This document shows positions 56,916 to 64,000 of a DNA stretch of 64,000 nucleotides, piece by piece. Origin of the DNA: Eledone cirrhosa. Taxonomy: Eukaryota. The notes under the pieces were generated by a model, which worked only from the letters and a program-made list of their open reading frames with translations, had not been told where the DNA came from and did no database searches. A program made the translations under genes and the position numbers. How positions within the stretch are numbered: position 1 is the first letter of the stretch; every line of letters starts with the position of its first letter. The DNA lies in assembly GCA_964016885.1 (NCBI GenBank), contig OZ024741.1, forward strand, positions 379,750,001-379,814,000, in the 5' to 3' direction.

Positions 56916-58020
56916 TATATTGGGAGGGTCGTGTTGCCAATAAAAACACACACACCTGTTGATTTCCACTTCAGTTTATTATGTTTCCGTTTGGTTGGTT
57001 GGTTGGTTCAATAACCGGAATTTTGTTTATATATTGTGAAAGCTCTTTCGTCACACATTCTGTGACCCCCTCAGTGACTAAGTTTTTTTATTTTGTGTCA
57101 CTCCTTTCTACTGTCCTACACCATCTCATTTGTGTGTGTTGTGTGTAGTGTGCTTTCTTTGCGCATGCGTCACATCCGGTGTGTATGTGGACTTGTGTGT
57201 TTATTTATTTATTTATGCGTTAATTTACTTTCAATAGTTGTTTTTTGTTCTACCTGTGTGTATGATTTGTTTTGTTAGTTTGGTTTTTGTGTGTTTCTGT
57301 ATGTCTTCATTTTCTCTGTAATTACCAGTTGTGATGTTGCTATTCCACTCCTATTTTGTTTGGAGTTCCCTTATATTTGTTGCCTCTCTGATATGTCTGA
57401 GCATTGCATCTTTTCTGTGTTTGTATATCATTTTTATATTCTCTATTATGCCCCTCTGTTCTATTATGGCATGTTGGTGGAGTACTGATGAGTTTTTCCC
57501 ATCCTGGAGTTCTTGCCAGTGTTCACTTATTCTTTCTCCTTTGCTACGGGCTGTTTCACCTATGTTTATTTTATTTTACACCACGAGTTTATTTTATTTG
57601 TCTTATACCTAATCCTTTCTATTCTGTTCCAAAATTTGCTCCTATACATTGGGCAAGTTCCATTTGCATCATTTTCTACAATCTTTGCCTGTTTGGTTCT
57701 AGCTCATTTACATACCCAGATAAAGTCTCTCTGATTGTGACAATGATCTGCTTGTGGAGATTGAAGTGTTGTATATGTCTCTCTAATTATTTGGAGTGCA
57801 CATGTGGGACACTTTCCTCATCACTCTTACTAAATCCATAATCAGTATGTTGATTTTTAGGTGGTCCGAAACAGCTGAGTTTCGGTGGATCAATTATTTG
57901 GTGGTATGGCTTTGACATAATGCGAATAGAGGATTTGCGTTCTATTTCTAATAGTTTCCAACCAGAGTTCTGTGTCTAGTACGGATAATCTATGGTTGGC
58001 TGTTTAGTTGGATACCCAAT
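56915..58020 (-). mobile_element. PLE 3' fragment: GIY-YIG remnant + 3' UTR/pseudo-LTR with decayed HHR (~57035-57080)
   Basis: Minus strand translates IGETARSKGERISEHWQELQDGKNSSVLHQHA (~57470-57565). Confidence 0.75.
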
Positions 58021-58999
58021 ATATATATTTATATGTGTGTGTGTGTATATGTGTGCGTGTGGGAGTATGTGTGTGTATGTGTGTGTGTGTATGTCTGTCT
58101 GTCTGTGTGCGTGTGTGTGTGTATGTGTATTTGTTTCTTTGTGTGTGTCTGAAAACAGACTGTCGCTGAACATCATAGTAAAATGTCTACGTATTCACTC
58201 TGATGTTTATAGGTACAAAATCAAAATTAGTTAAAATTCCCACTAAATATGTAACCAATTTGAATTTACAAATCTAATTTAGATACACTTTTATTTGTCA
58301 CTAACTTATAGACGAAATATTTCATAGACATTTGCCAATTCTAAACTACCTAAAGTTATTTTGAATGAGAATCGTGTTTTGCATACATGGGCAACACATT
58401 CTTTAATTCTTAGGGAATAATTAGATTTTGTGGGCTTTCACAACATAATAAAGTTTAATCTCAGATAAAAATGTATGAATTTCAATATTGCTATTGTAAA
58501 TGTTTGAATTTCAAGTTCTTCCATCTTCTTTATAAAACCTGCCTATTTTCTATGATACACATCAAATATATCTTTAAAAGTTCCAGAATCAAATTCTCTC
58601 AAAAAAAAACATTTCGCTAAAGAGATTTCCTTCCATGCTAGTTGCACTGCTTAAATATTTACATTAGTCTTGCACAAAATACGAAAAAAAGAACAGAATA
58701 TTTAGAACAAAATCTAGAGGTGTATAGATGGACATATATGATGATGGAGAATTGATGGCCTTTATGAGTGAGAATAAAACGCGAGAATGGTGAAATTTGG
58801 AGCAACAGCACGTTTAAACAGCACGTTTAAAATGCCACAATCTTCAATGATGATGCGCATAACTACTGAGACATACAAAATCATTAGTGGAATCTTTCTC
58901 TACGAGGTGTAAACCAAGAATGTAGAAGCCAGCTGTGGGCTTTTAAAGGTATTCCTAAAGAAAAACAACCAAGTATGGATTGTGAGACAGGGTCACTGC

Positions 59000-59525
59000 T
59001 TTTTATGAAATAACTGGACCTCGTGATACGAACCATCTTCTTGGGTCCATACGGAGAGTTTGAAATCCTGGAGATGAACAATAACAAAGGAGTTGCGCTT
59101 TAGAGTAGGGGCCTTCTATGGCCCGACTATGGTAAGACAGCCGGATTTCTTCAGGTGTCTGGAATCATTTCTCGGAACGAAACGGAGGAATGGATCAGCA
59201 TTTTAGACATACATTGGGATTGTGAAGAAATTGCCGGTAGAAACGGCGATACGAAAGCCTCCTCAAATATAATCAGACAATTCCACTAGTATGATAGGTA
59301 TCGACTACATTTCCCGACTGCCCCATTGTGGGAATTGAACAATCGTATACGGTCATCTAGATTGTATTTAGATAGATCTTTTTTGGTTAGTAGATAGGGA
59401 GAGCAATGTATATCCACAACTAAAAACTGTCGCCTATACAGAGCACAAATGTGTGAACGCAAGTTCAACTTACATGGAAGACGTAAACAGGAACTAAGTT
59501 ACTGAAAGATTAACGCATCGTTTCC
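59000..59525 (+). pseudogene. Tx1-like APE fragment
   Basis: PDFFRCLESFLGT and DRYRLHFPTAP..RLYLDRSF match the element at 33349-34360. Confidence 0.7.
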
Positions 59526-59667
59526 GTCTCAATATTTTTTTATTATGTTGGTATTTTCACTTACACTATTAATTGAGTAACTTCACACTGTACATGTCCA
59601 TTGTATTTTGGCCATAGTGAATAAAGAATAATAATCATTATTATCATTATTATTATTGTCATTTCAA

Positions 59668-59864
59668 GGGTGGTGGATTTGCAGTCCCGGTAGAAGGTCT
59701 GACGTCATGCTTTGCAGCAAAGAGTTACGGCCCTTTATGGTGTGAGTTCAAATCCAGCCGAGGTTAACTTTGCCTTTTATCCTTACGGGGTCGATAAAAT
59801 AAAGTGCCAGTAATACACTGATTTAAGTACAGACCTTGTGCCAAAAGTAGAAACAATTATTATT
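59668..59864 (+). mobile_element. tRNA-type SINE copy
   Basis: Shared SINE body. Confidence 0.8.
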
Positions 59865-60329
59865 GTAATTTCATTTATCTTTCTTTATACGAGGTATGAC
59901 CAAGTTACAACCAGTGAACTCAACAGAGAACTAGATCCACGATGTTCAAGAAAAGATACGCGCACACACACACACACACACAGGCACATACACACACACA
60001 CACATGTATCTTTAGGTGTTTACACTTTGATATACTTATATTAAACAGAGTTTTCCTACGTGCTTTTTTTAAAATTAGTACTATGATTTGTATTTCTTCT
60101 ATACGCGGATTTCCTGGAATTTTGGATAAGAAATCATTAGAACGCTTAGGTATCGTTCATAGAGCGGCTACAAACACTGCTAGTGTTTTAGCTCTCAATA
60201 TCAACAATTTTCCAATCGCTATTTTCAGGTCTTTATATTTCCTCAATTTTTTAAATGTTTTATAGATACGGTCATGTCAATCAGCAGGCATACTCGCTGT
60301 TTAAAGTCATTCAGTATTAAATCAGGTAT

Positions 60330-60960
60330 ATTTGCATGCACTCGTGCAGTGTCCGAGCATTGCTGACTTGTGGGTTTATGTCGAATACCTGCTGTCGCAT
60401 GTAGGACGGATCCGACTATCAGCTGAGTCCATCGTGAGGATTGCCCCGCCCTCCTCCTTTAGCCGGGAAGAGCAGGCAGCTTTATCTCACTGGTGGCCAT
60501 GGCTAAGAGATAGTATGGTGGACGCGTCTGAAAGGGCTGAAGACGAGCACTTACCTCTTCGGTGATGCCATGATTAACTTTTTCCAATTTCATTTGAAAA
60601 AAAAATCAGGGTAGAGAGGGAGGTGCTCTCTTCCCAGCTTTTTGTTGAAAGATGGGTGAGAGAGGCATGAATGGACCGAGTGAGTGGACCTACTCTGAGT
60701 ATATGCCTGTAAATTGAAGGTGGAAAACTGGGAGAGAGGACTTGCCCTGGTGGTCAGGGTCATTGTGGCTTTTTATTGGGCTTTCTCCACGAATGTCCCT
60801 CGGAAGTCTCCCCCGTATTGAGGAATTTTTCGTTGTTATTTTTTGTTACAGCCTCTATTTTTGTTTTTTACACGCAGAAATGCCCATTTGTACCGTCCTC
60901 TAATGTCGTGTACTGTTCTTAATGTCTACTTTATGTAAACCCTTATGGTTAATAGAGAAA
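60330..60960 (+). mobile_element. Tx1-like LINE 3' end fragment
   Basis: HALVQCPSIADLW and RVEREVLSSQLFVERWV parallel the ORF2 C-terminus at 31235-31627. Confidence 0.7.
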
Positions 60961-60963
60961 GCG

Positions 60964-63377
60964 TTATTATTATTATTGTTCTTTGAGTCTCAGTCATTGA
61001 TGTTATTTAACTGGAAAGTTTGTTGAAATGAATATCAACACACTATCTGCAGCCTCATATATTCAGGACGTATCGGAGGGTTCTTGTTGTTCCCAGAAAG
61101 CATGCCTTTTGAAAAAGCGGGGCGAGGCCAATTTTCTTTAACCATCCTTGGAAACTCTTTGAGATAGTACCTAGTGCACCTATGACAATCGGGACCACTT
61201 TGACTTCATGGCAGTTCCAAATCCTTATTCAGATCTCATTAAGTAGAGCCTATCGACATCACTCCTCTTGTAGAACATGTTGTAGATAGTCAATAGCTTC
61301 CTAGTCTTCCTATCCATTTCTTTTTGTTCAGAAACATTCCACCTCAGAATTCCAGCACTGTATCTATTAATAGACACAGCTCGGGAATTTACTGCACTTA
61401 TGGCATTCCTACTGTTCAGATGTGATGTTAATACGCTCCCTACTCTCCGAATGCATTCAGTTCTTATCAATTCCTTCATTTTTTTGTTATTGATGCCATC
61501 AGCCTCCAGAACACCCAAATACTTGTATTCTTCATCAGTGTCAATTTCCTTTATCATCTCACCTGTTGGCACCTCGATTCCGTTGCTCTGCGCAATTTAC
61601 CCTCTTCATCACAAGGACTCCACACTTACTGATACCAAATTGCATACATATATTATTGCTGAAAACACGGACAGTGTCAACAAGCACATCCAACTGCTTC
61701 TCACTCTTCCCGAAGAGCTTAAGATCGTCCATGAAGAGGAGGTGATTGATGGTAAGCTCTCCCTTTCCCAACTTGTATCCTGCTCTCACTTTTCGCAGTA
61801 TAATGGTCAGGGCATCAGGGCAAGGACAAACAACAGAGGGGACAGACTATCTCCCTGGATGATACCTCTCTTGATCTTCGCGACTCCTAAGGATTCTCCA
61901 GCTGATGTTAACTCTGTTTCCCAGGACTTCATACTTTTGCCCAACAACTGTCTGATGTTATCTGCCACCTTGAAGATCTCTAGGCTTTTGGGGATCCAAG
62001 AATGAGGCACCATGTCAAATGCCTTTTAGTAGTCTATCCATCCCATGGCAAGACCAGTGTGTCTCCTCTTGCAATTCCTCATTACCATCTTATCAATAAG
62101 TAACTGGTCCTTTGTACCACGGGACTTTTTCGGCATCCTTTCTGTTCGTCCGGTAACAAGTTGTTTGTGTGGAGGTGATGGTAGATTCCCTCAGACATAA
62201 TGCTTGTCAACAGTTTCCACATTACGGACAGACATGTGATAGGTCTATAGTTGGTAACATCATTACCCTTGATTCGGTCTTTCAATACCAGAACTGTGGT
62301 ACCTTTTGTCTACCACTCTGGTACCTCACCTGACATCGCGCAGTCATTGAACATGGTTGTCATTTGCGGGTGGAGGGATGTTATATTTTTAATCCAATAC
62401 CCCTGCACACCATCTGGGCCTGGTGATTTCCAGTTGGTTAGTCTTTTGGCCTGCCCCTTAAGAGTTTCAACTGTGATACTCAAATCAGTTTGTTGGTGTG
62501 CCTGTTCACTAATCTCCTTTTGAACTGTCTCAATCCACACTGCCTGGTCATTATGTTTAACATCCTGCTCCCATATTCCTCTCCGGAATGTCTTAGTTGT
62601 TCCGCCTCAGGGATCAAGTCGTTGCCTCTTTCTTTCCCTTCAAGCTGTCCAAACAGCATCTTCTGGTTGTTGTCAAACATGCAGTTCTGTCTATACTGAC
62701 TGACTCTGCTCTCGTATCGCCTAATTTTTGCACTCTTTGCTACAATGCGTTGCTTCAGTTCCTCTATGATAATATTTAGCTTTTTCCTCATAGTTTTGTA
62801 CTTTATTTCCAGTCTATTTTTAGTGTCTATGTTTTTTAGTGTCCCATTCAGTAGGGACTCAAGCTTTCCAATGTCATTTCTCATTTCCCTGATTTGACCA
62901 TTCAGTGGTTTCTTCCACCAAGGTTCTGATCGTTCTTGTTTGTTGTTTCCTCTCGCTTTTATGCCAAGTAATTTCTTCACCGCATTTGCTGTTGCTTTGA
63001 GGCTATTGTTGCACTGGTGAAGGCTCCTCGCCTCAAGGTATGAGATGACTTTGTTTACCTTAACTGCTGTTTCTTTTAATTTGTTCCTGTCTACAAATCT
63101 TAGGTTCATAGGTTTCCCACTATCATTGTTCATCTACCACTAAGTTTAGTATTTCAACCAAACCTTGTTCTAGCACGTCAGCATTCATCTCCTCAATGGC
63201 CGTATCTTTGTTCCACGTATTATTTATTTCAGCATTCAGATTATTTTCTGCTTCGGGTGGTTCCTCCGTTCTCTCAACCTCTTCACCTTCATTTCCCACT
63301 GACTCGTTTGCCTGGCATACTCCATTCTCCATTTCCAACCTAATCTCTCTGCTCAGTTCCTCCAGGACCAGCTCGCA
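60964..63377 (-). mobile_element. R4/Dong-like RLE retrotransposon, 5' truncated, internally deleted
   Basis: NWKSPGPDGVQGYWIK, NYRPITCL, GIIQGDSLSPLLF, HLLFMDDLKLF, YKYLGVLE, DVDRLYL. (TAA)n tail; deletion junction at ~61226. Confidence 0.85.
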
Positions 63378-63454
<77 letters not shown>

Positions 63455-64000
63455 CTTGAATCTCAGTCATTGATGTTAGTTAACAAGAAAGTCCGTTGGA
63501 ATGAATATCAAGCCACTACCTGCAGCCTCAGATATTCAGGACGTATCGGAGGGTTCTTGCTGTTCCCAGCAAGCATGCCTTTTGAAGCGTTCCAAAAAGC
63601 GTGTAAGGGCCGATTTTCTTTAACCATCCCTGGAAACTTTTGGAGATGGTCCCCACTGCGCCTATGACAATCGGGATCACTTTGACTTCATGGCAGTTCC
63701 AAATCCTTTTTACCTCCCACTTTAAGTCCTGGTATCGGTTAATTTTCTCCCTCTCCTTCTCTTGCACTCTCGTGTTGAATGGGCAGGCCACATCCACAAT
63801 CAGACACGATCTTTTTTCTTTGTCCACAACCACCAGGTCAGGTCTATTGTGTTCCAGTTTCTTGTCCGTCTGTATCCTAAAATCCCACAGCACCTTCACC
63901 TGATTGTTTTCTATCCCCGCCTCTGGCTTATGCTCATACCATTTCTCAGAATGTGGTAAATTGTTTACTTTGCACAGGTCCCAGTGGATCACCCTGCCCA
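63378..64000 (-). mobile_element. Second R4/Dong-like copy, 3' end (RLE domain + (TAA)n tail), runs off the window
   Basis: WDFRIQTD..HNRPDLVV..IVDVACP..EKINRYQDL..PIVIGAVG..LQKACLLGT; (TAA)n at 63378-63453. Confidence 0.9.

Overview
AT-rich eukaryotic DNA made almost entirely of repeats, with many (TA)n/(CA)n microsatellites. The SINE and microsatellite profile suggests a cephalopod such as Octopus (inference, not verified). No host gene is supported, and most listed ORFs are microsatellite translations. Recognisable content: several decayed Penelope-like elements (PLE; RT + C-terminal GIY-YIG), a CRE-like and two R4/Dong-like restriction-like-endonuclease (RLE) retrotransposons, an L1/Tx1 element plus fragments, a head-to-tail non-autonomous Helitron dimer, about 8 copies of a tRNA-type SINE, and a 70-bp satellite with 280-bp higher-order structure. 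The main unexplained signal is more than 20 type I hammerhead ribozyme (HHR) motifs, intact or decayed, from roughly 10 sequence-distinct families. They lie in PLE pseudo-LTRs and in short non-coding elements embedded in (TA)n tracts. Several of these elements are tandem or partial-tandem 460-600 bp units (retrozyme-like) or fold-back palindromes whose breakpoints fall at or next to the ribozyme. All structures were read by eye; no folding or database search was run, and coordinates may be off by a few bases.
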